Shown: one piece after another, positions 1 through 9,172 of the stretch
Layout: each line of letters opens with the position of its first letter
Numbering within the stretch: position 1 is the stretch's first letter
Source: Elusimicrobiota bacterium
GTDB taxonomy: Bacteria; Elusimicrobiota; UBA8919
DNA: 53,246 nucleotides
Direction of reading: 5' to 3'
Assembly (NCBI GenBank): GCA_016218625.1
Contig: JACRDL010000009.1
Coordinates: 1 to 53,246 of the forward strand
The notes under the pieces: model-generated
Databases searched by the model: none
The model's input: the letters and a program-made list of their open reading frames with translations, nothing else
What the model was told of the DNA's origin: nothing
Translations under genes and position numbers: made by a program

Positions 1-36
1 TAAAAAATATAAAAATGAAATAGAGGAGCTATTAAA

Positions 37-1164
37 ATGAAAATTTTAATTAATGGAAAGAGTGAAAAAATAAAAGATGGATTAACGATTGAAAAATTAT
101 TAGAATTAAAAAAAATCAGGAAAGAAATCGTGACAATTGAATTAAACAACGAAATTATTCAGAAGGAAAAATACGCAATTACTATTTTAAAGGATGGGGA
201 TATTTTAGAGTTTATTTATTATATGGGCGGCGGAAGCGGGGATATAATTTATAGAAATATTCTTGAATTAATCGGAAATACTCCGCTGGTAAAATTAAAC
301 AGCATTGTGCCTGATGATTCTGCAGTAATATTTGCAAAAGTGGAATTTTTCAATCCCGGCGGCTCGGTAAAAGACAGAATCTGTTTGTCAATGATTGAAG
401 ATGCAGAGAAAAAAGGGTTATTAAAACCGCCAGGAACAATCATAGAACCAACCAGCGGTAATACAGGTATAGGGCTTGCGATAATTTCCGCCGTCAAAGG
501 GTATAAATGCATATTAACGATGCCGGAATCAATGTCGTTAGAACGGATTTACATATTGAAATCGTTCGGTGCTGAAATTGTTTTAACACCGGCTGCCGAC
601 GGTATGCAGGGTGCGATAAAAAAAGCGGAAAAACTCCATAGAAAAATACCGAATAGTTTTATCCCCCAGCAGTTTAATAATCCCGCGAATCCTGAGATAC
701 ATCGGAAGACAACTGCACAGGAAATTTGGAGAGCGACTGACGGTAAATTGGATGCATTTGTTGCAGGCGTCGGAACCGGCGGAACCATTACCGGTGTCGG
801 CGAAGAGCTTAAAAGTAAAAATCCGAATATAAAAATTATTGCTGTTGAGCCGGAAACATCGGCGGTATTATCGGGTAAAAAACCGGGTCCGCATAAAATT
901 CAAGGCATCGGTGCCGGATTTATTCCCAAAGTATTAAATAAAGAAATAATTGATGAGATAATAACCGTCGCGGATGATGATGCATTCAAAACGGCAAAAT
1001 CGGTTGCTCAAAAAGAAGGGCTGTTTGTCGGTATCTCGTCGGGTGCCGCGGTTTGGGCATCATTAAAAATTGCGGCAAGATTAGGCAAAGAAAAGCGGGT
1101 TGTTACAATTTTACCCGATACAGGCGAAAGATATTTTAGTATTGAACAATACTTCAAAGGATAG
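37..1164 (+). CDS. cysK: ThiS-like sulfur carrier fused to cysteine synthase (CysK/CysM family)
   Basis: N-terminal ~66 aa ThiS-like sequence ending YYMGGG, then IGNTPLV, NPGGSVKDR (PLP Lys), EPTSGNTG, GVGTGGT, HKIQGIG. Confidence 0.93.
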   Translation: MKILINGKSEKIKDGLTIEKLLELKKIRKEIVTIELNNEIIQKEKYAITILKDGDILEFIYYMGGGSGDIIYRNILELIGNTPLVKLNSIVPDDSAVIFAKVEFFNPGGSVKDRICLSMIEDAEKKGLLKPPGTIIEPTSGNTGIGLAIISAVKGYKCILTMPESMSLERIYILKSFGAEIVLTPAADGMQGAIKKAEKLHRKIPNSFIPQQFNNPANPEIHRKTTAQEIWRATDGKLDAFVAGVGTGGTITGVGEELKSKNPNIKIIAVEPETSAVLSGKKPGPHKIQGIGAGFIPKVLNKEIIDEIITVADDDAFKTAKSVAQKEGLFVGISSGAAVWASLKIAARLGKEKRVVTILPDTGERYFSIEQYFKG

Positions 1165-1166
1165 AT

Positions 1167-1415
1167 ATGACACGCTCCAATTCTGCGAAATTAAAGATTG
1201 TAAAAAAATTAGATTTGACGGGTGTTATATGTCCGATGAATTTCATCAAAACAAAACTTGCACTTGAAGAACTTAAAAATGGACAAATTTTAGAAGTTGT
1301 CCTTGACGATGGTGAAGCAATCAGAAATGTTCCCAGAAGTGTTAAAGAAGAAGGACACCAAATTATTAAAGTTAAAAATTTAGGCAAAACATTTAAGATT
1401 TTAATTAAAAAATGA
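1167..1415 (+). CDS. TusA/SirA-family sulfurtransferase
   Basis: LDLTGVICPMN motif, 82 aa. Confidence 0.9.
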   Translation: MTRSNSAKLKIVKKLDLTGVICPMNFIKTKLALEELKNGQILEVVLDDGEAIRNVPRSVKEEGHQIIKVKNLGKTFKILIKK

Positions 1416-1419
1416 AATT

Positions 1420-1597
1420 CGCTCGCAAGCAAATTTTCCAGACACGCCACCACCACCAATGTATTGGTGTGGGGGCACGCTCAGCCGACCACCCTGTCGG
1501 CTTCGCTCTAATCGTCGTCCCTAAAGGGACTTCCTTTGGTCGCTCTTGGAAAGAAAAGTCGCTCCTCAAGGGTCTGGATAAATTTCTTGCTTCACTC
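1420..1597. repeat. Dispersed hairpin element family A, copy 1, carrying two nested inserts
   Basis: Ends gcaagcaaattttccagac / gtctggataaatttcttgc; core shared with 3119-3237. Confidence 0.85.
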
Positions 1598-1619
1598 TGC
1601 GATTAAAAGGTGAGAAAAA

Positions 1620-2852
1620 ATGTCATATGTAAAATCATTAAAATGTCGTGAATGCGGTAGAACATATCCTAAAAAACCGATATATGTCTGTGAGTGGTGC
1701 TTTGGACCTCTGGAAGTCGTCTATGATTACAAAAGAATAAAAAAAGTTTTGACAAGAGAGAAAATTAGTTCCCGCGAAAAAAATCTCTGGCGGTATAAAG
1801 AACTTTTACCGATAGATAAAGAACCGATGGTAGGACTTAACAGCGGTTTCACACCGTTTTTTGAAGCAAAAAATCTGTCAAAAGTGCTTGGTGCGAAAAA
1901 AATTTTTATCAAAGACGATTCTGTAAACCATCCTACGCTTTCATTTAAAGACAGAGTTGTTGCAGTTGCACTCTCAAAGGCAAAAGAATTCGGTTTTAAG
2001 ACGGTTGCCTGTGCATCAACAGGTAATCTCGCGAATTCTGTTAGTTCTCATTCAAAACAAGCGGGTTTCAATTGCTATGTATTTATTCCGGCTAATCTTG
2101 AAAAATCCAAAATTGTATCTTCTCTAATTTACGGGGTGAACCTCATCGCGGTTGACGGTAATTATGATGATGTTAACCGTCTCTGTGGTGAAATTGCATC
2201 AAAATATAAATGGGCTTTTGTTAATGTAAACTTAAGACCTTACTATGCCGAAGGTTCAAAGACATATGGATTTGAAATTGTGGAACAACTTGGTTGGCGT
2301 GTACCAAAACACATAATTGTTCCCGCTGCTTCCGGCTCACTTCTTACAAAAATTTACAAAGGGATAAAAGAGTTTAAACAGTTGGGTCTGATAAAAAAAT
2401 CCGATACGAAATTTCATATTGCACAAGCAGACGGCTGTTCGCCGATTGTTTCCGCATTAAAGCAAAATTGTGATATTATAAAACCGGTTAAACCGAATAC
2501 AATTGCAAAATCTTTGGCAATCGGTAATCCTGCCGACGGTTTTTATGTGATTGATATTGTCAAAAAAACCGGCGGATTTGGCGAGGTTGCAACTGACGAA
2601 GAAATTGTTGAAGGAATAAAATTGCTGGCTGAAACGGAGGGCATTTTTACTGAAACAGCGGGAGGTGTAACGGTCGCTGTCTGTAAAAAACTTGTTGAAA
2701 GTAAAAAAATTTCTAAAGACGAAGAAATTGTAATTTGTATTACAGGTAATGGCCTGAAAACACAGGAAGCGGTTGAAAATAAAATAGGCCGACCGATAAA
2801 AATAAAACCCAACATAAAATCATTTGAAGAGGAGGTGCGAGTATGGTTGTGA
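1620..2852 (+). CDS. thrC: Threonine synthase-family PLP enzyme
   Basis: N-terminal CxxC pairs, PTLSFKDR, CASTGNLA, IAKSLAIGNP, ITGNGLK. Confidence 0.88.
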   Translation: MSYVKSLKCRECGRTYPKKPIYVCEWCFGPLEVVYDYKRIKKVLTREKISSREKNLWRYKELLPIDKEPMVGLNSGFTPFFEAKNLSKVLGAKKIFIKDDSVNHPTLSFKDRVVAVALSKAKEFGFKTVACASTGNLANSVSSHSKQAGFNCYVFIPANLEKSKIVSSLIYGVNLIAVDGNYDDVNRLCGEIASKYKWAFVNVNLRPYYAEGSKTYGFEIVEQLGWRVPKHIIVPAASGSLLTKIYKGIKEFKQLGLIKKSDTKFHIAQADGCSPIVSALKQNCDIIKPVKPNTIAKSLAIGNPADGFYVIDIVKKTGGFGEVATDEEIVEGIKLLAETEGIFTETAGGVTVAVCKKLVESKKISKDEEIVICITGNGLKTQEAVENKIGRPIKIKPNIKSFEEEVRVWL

Positions 2853-3118
2853 AAATAAGAATTCCAACACCACTGCAGAAATTGACCGACGGCAAATCGG
2901 AGGTAGAGAGTTCGGGAAAAACGGTAATTCAGTTAATTGATGAACTGGAAAAAAAATATTCCGGAATCAAGGAGCGGCTTTGTGATGAAAAGGGGAACAT
3001 CAGGAGATTTATCAATATCTTTGTTAATGAAAAAGACATAAGATTTTTAAAGGGACAGAAAACGAAACTCAAAAATGGCGATGAAATTTCAATAATACCC
3101 GCTATTGCAGGAGGATGA
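2843..3118 (+). CDS. MoaD/ThiS/CysO-family sulfur carrier
   Basis: 91 aa ending IIPAIAGG; RIPTPL start, INIFVN. Confidence 0.92.
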   Translation: MVVKIRIPTPLQKLTDGKSEVESSGKTVIQLIDELEKKYSGIKERLCDEKGNIRRFINIFVNEKDIRFLKGQKTKLKNGDEISIIPAIAGG

Positions 3119-3237
3119 CGCTCGGCAGTAAATTTTTTCAGACACGCTCAGCCGACCGCCCTGTCGGCTTCGCTCTAATCGTCGCTCCTGAAAGCGAAGT
3201 CGCTCCTCAAGGGTCTGAATAAAATTTCTGCCTCGCT
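3119..3237. repeat. Dispersed hairpin element family A, copy 2
   Basis: cagacacgctcagccgacc..ctgtcggcttcgctctaatcgtcg..aagtcgctcctcaagggtctg shared with 1420-1597. Confidence 0.85.
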
Positions 3238-3263
3238 CATGATGAAAAAAAGGAGGATATAAC

Positions 3264-4067
3264 ATGTTAAAGTTGACTGATGAACAGATTGAAAGGTATT
3301 CCCGTCAGATAATTCTTTCGGAAATAGGGGGAAAGGGTCAGGAAAAATTGCTGAAATCAAAAGTGCTTGTTATTGGCTGCGGAGGATTAGGTTCACCCTG
3401 TGCATATTATCTTGCTGCCGCGGGTGTCGGAAAAATCGGGCTTGTTGACAGCGATAAAGTTGAACTTAACAATCTTCAAAGACAGATAATTCATTCAACA
3501 AAAAATGTCGGCATTCCAAAAGTTGACTCAGCAAAGGAAAAACTTTTACAACTCAATACGGATATTAAAATTGTAACCCATAGTTTGCGGCTTACTTCAA
3601 AAAACATCTTGAATATTATCAAAGATTATGACGTGATAGTTGACGGAAGTGATAATTTTCCGACGAGGTATCTTGTCAACGATGCCTGTGTCTTGGCAAA
3701 AAAACCGCTTGTCCACGCGGGAATTTTAAAATTTGACGGTCAAGCGACGACGATTGTTCCCGGAAAAGGACCGTGTTATAGATGCCTATTTCCGTCGCCG
3801 CCTCCTCCGGGCAGCGTGCCATCCTGTCAGGAAGCAGGTATATTGGGGGTTGTAGCAGGTATTCTTGGACTTGTTCAGGCGACCGAGACACTGAAATATA
3901 TTTTGCAATGCGGGGAATTGCTCGTCGGTAAATTACTCATTTTTAATGCATTAAGCATGAGTTTTAGAACTCTCACTATAAAAAGAGATAAAAAATGTCC
4001 GGTATGCGGTAATAATCCGACAATCAAAAAACTTATTGATTACGAACAGTTTTGTAAGTTGAGATGA
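3264..4067 (+). CDS. moeB: ThiF/MoeB/HesA adenylyltransferase without rhodanese domain
   Basis: RYSRQI, GCGGLG, NLQRQ, PCYRC, SCQEAG, CPVC. Confidence 0.92.
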   Translation: MLKLTDEQIERYSRQIILSEIGGKGQEKLLKSKVLVIGCGGLGSPCAYYLAAAGVGKIGLVDSDKVELNNLQRQIIHSTKNVGIPKVDSAKEKLLQLNTDIKIVTHSLRLTSKNILNIIKDYDVIVDGSDNFPTRYLVNDACVLAKKPLVHAGILKFDGQATTIVPGKGPCYRCLFPSPPPPGSVPSCQEAGILGVVAGILGLVQATETLKYILQCGELLVGKLLIFNALSMSFRTLTIKRDKKCPVCGNNPTIKKLIDYEQFCKLR

Positions 4068-4124
4068 TTATAATGATTTAACTGAAAAAATTATTAAAAT
4101 CATTCAAAAAGGAGGTGGATTAAT

Positions 4125-4379
4125 ATGCCAAAAAAGAAGTTAGTTAAAAAAATAGTAAAGTTAGTTTTTCCGCAAGAATTGATTAAAGAGCCAGTGACTT
4201 TTAGGATGGCAAAAAAATACGATATAATGCCCAATGTTCGTCGTGCAAAAGTCACTAAAACAATTGGTGAATCAATTCTTGAATTAGAAGGTGAAGAGAA
4301 TAACATTGAAAAGGGTATAAGGTATTTAAAAAAACTCGGAGTAGATGTCAAACCTATAGAAGGAGACATTGTGGATTAG
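4125..4379 (+). CDS. NIL-domain protein
   Basis: LVFPQELIKEPV..PNVRRA..LELEG pattern, 84 aa; strong SD ggaggtg. Confidence 0.8.
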   Translation: MPKKKLVKKIVKLVFPQELIKEPVTFRMAKKYDIMPNVRRAKVTKTIGESILELEGEENNIEKGIRYLKKLGVDVKPIEGDIVD

Positions 4380-4413
4380 ATACTATCAAAATATAGGTTT
4401 ATAATTTTATATT

Positions 4414-5064
4414 ATGGAAATAAATTCAAGAGATAAATGTATTCTTATGTTTTCCGGGGGCAGAGATTCCACAATATCTGCGGTGCGCCTTTCCAAAATA
4501 TTTACACATTTGACATTAGTAACAGTTACATCTGAACATTTAGTTGGTATTGAGCAAGTTTATCAAAGGGTCATTCAGATTAAAAAGTATTTACCAAAGG
4601 GAACAGAATGGTTACAAGTTTTTCAGCCAAAATTTTCGATGACGGAAACCATTAACAATGCCACCTGTCTTCCATGTCAGAGTGCATATATCAGTGTCGG
4701 AATTATTCTGGCACAAAAATTTCAGATATCGAATCTTGCTATGGGTTATTCCGGGTATCAGAATTCATGGCCGGAACAAACCCCATATGCAACAACGCGA
4801 TTAAAAAAACTGATGGAAGATATCGGGCTTCGTTTTCATTTACCGGTATATGATATTCAAAAAAAAGAAGATGCAATTAATGAACTTGTACGATTAGGAC
4901 TGGAACCTGAATCTTACGAGCAAAAATGTCTCAAGCAAACCTCTAATATTGAACTTGAAGAAGATATATTGCGCTCGGAAATTGACCGATGGATAAACTG
5001 TATAACTGAAATTATCAAGTCAAAAGATAATGTCACCGCAGTGAACCCCATAAAACTGGACTAA
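4414..5064 (+). CDS. PP-loop (adenine nucleotide alpha-hydrolase, QueC-like) protein
   Basis: MFSGGRDS PP-loop, CLPC and EQKC cysteines. Confidence 0.65.
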   Translation: MEINSRDKCILMFSGGRDSTISAVRLSKIFTHLTLVTVTSEHLVGIEQVYQRVIQIKKYLPKGTEWLQVFQPKFSMTETINNATCLPCQSAYISVGIILAQKFQISNLAMGYSGYQNSWPEQTPYATTRLKKLMEDIGLRFHLPVYDIQKKEDAINELVRLGLEPESYEQKCLKQTSNIELEEDILRSEIDRWINCITEIIKSKDNVTAVNPIKLD

Positions 5065-5133
5065 AACTTGGTGTAAGATTTGAACCGCTTATTGGTGATA
5101 TTTTAGAATAACTATTAACAGTAAATTTTTTGC

Positions 5134-5162
5134 TTGACAATATAATTGCAGATTGGTATAAT
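5134..5162 (+). promoter_or_regulatory. Sigma70 promoter of the thi4 leader
   Basis: TTGACA-17 nt-TATAAT with TGn extended -10. Confidence 0.85.
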
Positions 5163-5166
5163 TAAA

Positions 5167-5280
5167 ACAACAAGGGAGGTCGTGTGCGGCCTGAGAGTTC
5201 CGTGAAGCAAACGGAAGACCTTATCCCGAAAGAAGTCGGGATGTAACCTGATCTGGATAATACCAGCGGAGGGAGGTGGT
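5167..5280 (+). ncRNA. TPP riboswitch
   Basis: aaggga..cctgaga..gacctt..aacctgatctggataataccagcggaggga, upstream of thi4. Confidence 0.93.
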
Positions 5281-5294
5281 GATTAGTCATTTTT

Positions 5295-5328
5295 AATCCT
5301 ATGCTTCTGGTGTAGGATTTTTATTTTT
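5295..5328 (+). terminator. Intrinsic terminator, TPP expression platform
   Basis: aatcctatgc-ttctg-gtgtaggatt stem followed by tttattttt. Confidence 0.8.
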
Positions 5329-5334
5329 AATAGC

Positions 5335-5425
5335 ATCGGAATTTGAAAGGCGCCACAGAATTACACAGAAAAAAGCACAGAAATAACTTCTGTGAAATTC
5401 TGTGACATTCTGTGGTTTATCTTGA
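5335..5425. repeat. CACAGAA/TTCTGTG inverted tandem-repeat element, near-identical to 38377-38470
   Basis: atcggaattt.aaaggcgccacagaa..acacagaa..cacagaaataacttc.gtg.aattctgtga.attctgtgg..atcttga at both sites. Confidence 0.9.
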
Positions 5426-5443
5426 CAGAGGGAGGAAAAAAGT

Positions 5444-6220
5444 ATGAAATTTCAGCAAGTAAGAGAATCGCAGATTACCCGTGCAATAACGGGCGAGTTT
5501 AATAAATGGTTTCAGGAATACATTGTTTCGGATGTTGTTATCGTCGGAGGCGGTCCAAGCGGGCTTATTGCCGCATATGACCTTTGCCGACAAGGTGTTA
5601 AAACATTGATTGTTGAAAGCAACAACTACATCGGTGGCGGTTTCTGGATTGGCGGATATTTGATGAACACCCTCACATTTCGCGCACCGTCGCAGGAAAT
5701 ACTTGACGAGTTGCACATCCCGTATAAGAAAGTAGATAGTGGACTGTTTACAGCCGACGGTCCGCATGCATGTTCGCGGTTGATTCTTGCCGCTTGTGAA
5801 TCTGGCGCCCGTATTCTTAATATGACGAAGTTTGACGATGTTGTATTAAAAAACAATAGAGTTTGCGGTGCGGTAATCAATTGGACTCCAGTTGCAGCAT
5901 TACCTCGTGCCATAACCTGCGTTGACCCCGTTGCGATAGAGTCCGATGTTGTTGTTGACGCTACCGGTCACGATGCGCATATTTGCAAGTCACTTCAAAA
6001 AAGGGGCTTATTGACGATGAAGGATTTCGGGTATATGAATGTCGGGGAATCCGAGGATATGGTTGTTGAAAAAACAGGCGAGATATTTCCTGGACTTTTT
6101 GTATGTGGAATGAGTGTATCAACGGTATTTGGTATTCCGAGGATGGGTCCAACATTCGGAGGAATGCTTTATTCCGGCAGAAAAGTTGCGGAGGAAATTA
6201 TTAAGACACTTAAAAAATAA
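5444..6220 (+). CDS. thi4: Thi4-family thiazole synthase, Cys type
   Basis: GGGPSGL, GGGFWIGG, TCVDP, DATGHD, PRMGPTFGGM; TPP riboswitch upstream. Confidence 0.93.
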   Translation: MKFQQVRESQITRAITGEFNKWFQEYIVSDVVIVGGGPSGLIAAYDLCRQGVKTLIVESNNYIGGGFWIGGYLMNTLTFRAPSQEILDELHIPYKKVDSGLFTADGPHACSRLILAACESGARILNMTKFDDVVLKNNRVCGAVINWTPVAALPRAITCVDPVAIESDVVVDATGHDAHICKSLQKRGLLTMKDFGYMNVGESEDMVVEKTGEIFPGLFVCGMSVSTVFGIPRMGPTFGGMLYSGRKVAEEIIKTLKK

Positions 6221-6412
6221 GTTACCAAAAAAGTTCCTGTCTCTGTGTAATAGTTGCTTAAACCTATTTTTTGTCCCGTAAAACGGGATAAAAAACATCC
6301 TACGGCCAGCCCATCGTGACGGACTGGATTAACCCCGCCCACACAAACTACACATGATAATCGGTGGTCTTTTTTTATTGGGTAGTTGAAAAAAATCAAT
6401 TAATATTATAAA

Positions 6413-7348
6413 ATGTATAAAATAATGGAAAAAATTAACAAATCCGAAATAAATTTATTGCTGGACCTGCCATTACCAGAAATAATATCCCATGCTAACG
6501 AAGTGAGAAAAAAAAGAGTGGGTAATAATCTGGAATTATGCAGTATAATGAATGCTAAGTCAGGACTTTGTAGTGAGGATTGTAAATTCTGCGCTCAATC
6601 ATCTCGGCATTCCACCAACATACCTGTATATCCTCTTAAAAAGAAAAGCGAAATTATAGAAGTAGCGTATAACGCGAAAAAAAATGGTGCAAAAAAATTT
6701 GGAATTGTTACAAGTGGCGATTGTTTAAACGAGAAAGAGTTGGATTTAATTTCAGAATCAATATATGAGATAAAAGATAGGGTTGGTATAGACGTTTGTG
6801 CTTCATTAGGTGCATTAAAAAAACAGGAATTATCTGTATTAAAAAAAGCCGGTCTTATCCGTTACCATCACAACATAGAAACTTCACCGCGTTTTTATTC
6901 TGAAATTGTTTCTACACATACTTTTGAAGAAAGAATAGCCACTATTTATACGGCTAAAGAAGTTGGACTTGAAGTATGTAGCGGTGGAATAATTGGTATG
7001 GGTGAAACATGGCAGGATCGTCTTGATATGGCGGTAATATTGAAAAAACTGGAAGTAGATTCTGTCCCGATTAATCTTTTGGTCCCTATTAAAGGAACAC
7101 CATTGGAATCAATAAACCCGATATCCTGTGTTGATGCCATAAGAACACTTTGCGTTTTCAGAATTATATTAGAAGATAAAATTATAAAAATTGCTGCTGG
7201 TAGGGAAACAATCTTAAAAGATTTTCAGGCAATGGCTTTTATGGCCGGGGCAAATGGAATGCTTGTTGGCGGGTACTTGACTATCAAAGGAAGAGATATA
7301 TCCGAGGATTGGAATCTTATTAAAGAAATAGAAAATATATATGTTTGA
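6413..7348 (+). CDS. bioB: Biotin synthase
   Basis: CSEDCKFC radical SAM motif, YHHNIET, CSGGIIG. Confidence 0.95.
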   Translation: MYKIMEKINKSEINLLLDLPLPEIISHANEVRKKRVGNNLELCSIMNAKSGLCSEDCKFCAQSSRHSTNIPVYPLKKKSEIIEVAYNAKKNGAKKFGIVTSGDCLNEKELDLISESIYEIKDRVGIDVCASLGALKKQELSVLKKAGLIRYHHNIETSPRFYSEIVSTHTFEERIATIYTAKEVGLEVCSGGIIGMGETWQDRLDMAVILKKLEVDSVPINLLVPIKGTPLESINPISCVDAIRTLCVFRIILEDKIIKIAAGRETILKDFQAMAFMAGANGMLVGGYLTIKGRDISEDWNLIKEIENIYV

Positions 7349-8498
7349 TTTTAAAGAATTTTTGGAAGAAAAAAAAAAGAATAATCTGTTCAGGATATTG
7401 CGTTCGGCGAATTTTAGAAGAGAAGGTAAGATTTATTTTAGGAATAAAGAGTATTTTGATTTTTCGTCAAACGATTATTTGGGTCTGGCTGACCATCCCA
7501 AACTCAAAGAAGCATCAAAAAGAGCAGCAGAGGAGTTTGGTACCGGTGCTTCCGCTTCCCGACTTTTAAGCGGCAGTTTAGAAATTCATCACCAGTTAGA
7601 AGATAAAATAGCGTCATTTAAGGGAAAGGAAAGTGCTTTGGTTTTTAACTCTGGCTATCAGGCAAACATTGGGATAATAAGTTCTCTTTTTACAAAAGGT
7701 GATGTTATTTTTTCAGACAGATTAAATCATGCAAGTATTGTAGATGGTATACTTTTATCCGGAGCCAAGTTCTTTCGTTTTCAACATAATGACTTAAATT
7801 ATCTTGAGTGCTTACTAAAAAAAGAAAGAGGCAAATTTAAAAATTGTTTAATAATTACAGAAACGATTTTCAGTATGGATGGCGATAGACCTTTTCTAAA
7901 ACAAATGGTTGAATTAAAAGAAAAATATGGCTGTCAGATGATGGTAGACGAAGCACACGCTACTGGAATTTTTGGAAAAAATGGAAGTGGGGTGGTGGAA
8001 GAAGAGGGATTAACAAATAAAGTTGAATTAATCATAGGAACATTCGGGAAAGCACTCGGAAGTTTTGGGGCATATCTGGCATGTTCAAAAAATATTACAG
8101 AATATCTAATAAATACTTGCCGAAGTTTTATCTATTCTACAGCACTTCCGCCGTCGATAATATCTGCAAACATAACTGGTTTGGAGTTGATAAAAGAGGA
8201 ACCGTTCAGAAGAAAAATACTTTTGGAAAATGCCGGTTATTTTCGCGATGAAATTAAAAAAATTGGATTTGATACGCGGGGTTCTTCGCAAATAATTCCA
8301 TTAATTCTCGGTGAGATTTCCAAAACAGTAAAATTCAGTAATGAACTCCAAGATAATGGATATTGGGTTTTACCAATAAGACCGCCTACAGTTCCTGCTG
8401 GAGAATCGCGATTGAGATTTTCCTTAACCTATTATCATAGTAAAGAGATATTGCAAAAATTAATTGAAAATATAAGAGAATTATGTTTAAGTTCATAA
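7341..8498 (+). CDS. bioF: 8-amino-7-oxononanoate synthase
   Basis: FSSNDYLG, NHASIVDG, DEAHA, TFGKA, IRPPTVP. Confidence 0.95.
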   Translation: MFDFKEFLEEKKKNNLFRILRSANFRREGKIYFRNKEYFDFSSNDYLGLADHPKLKEASKRAAEEFGTGASASRLLSGSLEIHHQLEDKIASFKGKESALVFNSGYQANIGIISSLFTKGDVIFSDRLNHASIVDGILLSGAKFFRFQHNDLNYLECLLKKERGKFKNCLIITETIFSMDGDRPFLKQMVELKEKYGCQMMVDEAHATGIFGKNGSGVVEEEGLTNKVELIIGTFGKALGSFGAYLACSKNITEYLINTCRSFIYSTALPPSIISANITGLELIKEEPFRRKILLENAGYFRDEIKKIGFDTRGSSQIIPLILGEISKTVKFSNELQDNGYWVLPIRPPTVPAGESRLRFSLTYYHSKEILQKLIENIRELCLSS

Positions 8499-9172
8499 AT
8501 AGAAAAGAAGAAAAGTCCATTGTTTTGATTCCCGGATGGGCTTTTGATTTTAGAATTTTTGCCACAATGGATTTAAAATATAATTATTTTTTTTATTCCA
8601 GTAAAAATAAGTCAATAACATGTTTTGAAGATGAACTTAAAAATCTATTAAACGAGTATAACCTTGATAAAATATCGATTCTTGGTTGGTCTCAAGGGGC
8701 ATTTTTAAGTTGCGACTTTGCTTATAAAAATCCTGAAATAATAGATGAACTGATTTTAGTTGGTATAAAAATAAAATATGAAAAGGAAATTTTAGAAGAT
8801 ATTAAAAAATATATTATAAAGAACAAAATCGCATATCTTTATAAGTTTTACGCAGAGTGTTTCTGTAAAGACGATGAGAAGTATTTTACGTGGTTTAGAA
8901 AAAACTTATTAAGCGATTATCTGCAAAACATGGAAACGGAAGATTTGATCGACGGATTGGACCGGCTTTCTTATTCCGAGATAAACCCCAAATCCTTGAA
9001 CGATATAAAAGAAATAAAAATAGTTCATGGCGAAAAAGATAAAATATCTGCATTGGATGAAGCCATTGCCTTAAAAAATGATCTTCCCCAATCAAAACTT
9101 GTTGTTTTTAATGATACTGGGCATCTTCCGTTTTTAAAAGGAAATTTTAAGGAATTATTATATGATTTATAA
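8483..9172 (+). CDS. Alpha/beta hydrolase, probable pimeloyl-ACP methyl ester esterase (BioH-like)
   Basis: PGW, GWSQG nucleophile elbow, HGEKD, GHLPF; between bioF and bioC. Confidence 0.75.
   Translation: MFKFINRKEEKSIVLIPGWAFDFRIFATMDLKYNYFFYSSKNKSITCFEDELKNLLNEYNLDKISILGWSQGAFLSCDFAYKNPEIIDELILVGIKIKYEKEILEDIKKYIIKNKIAYLYKFYAECFCKDDEKYFTWFRKNLLSDYLQNMETEDLIDGLDRLSYSEINPKSLNDIKEIKIVHGEKDKISALDEAIALKNDLPQSKLVVFNDTGHLPFLKGNFKELLYDL

Noticed and set aside
1412-1606. 64-aa ORF in the track
   Set aside because: Lies entirely over repeat family A with nested inserts; no recognisable protein features
6296-6345. c-di-AMP (ydaO) riboswitch on the minus strand (ggggttaatcc..ccgtagg)
   Set aside because: The conserved CCCGAA..GTCAGCTAACC segment is missing and no minus-strand gene lies downstream
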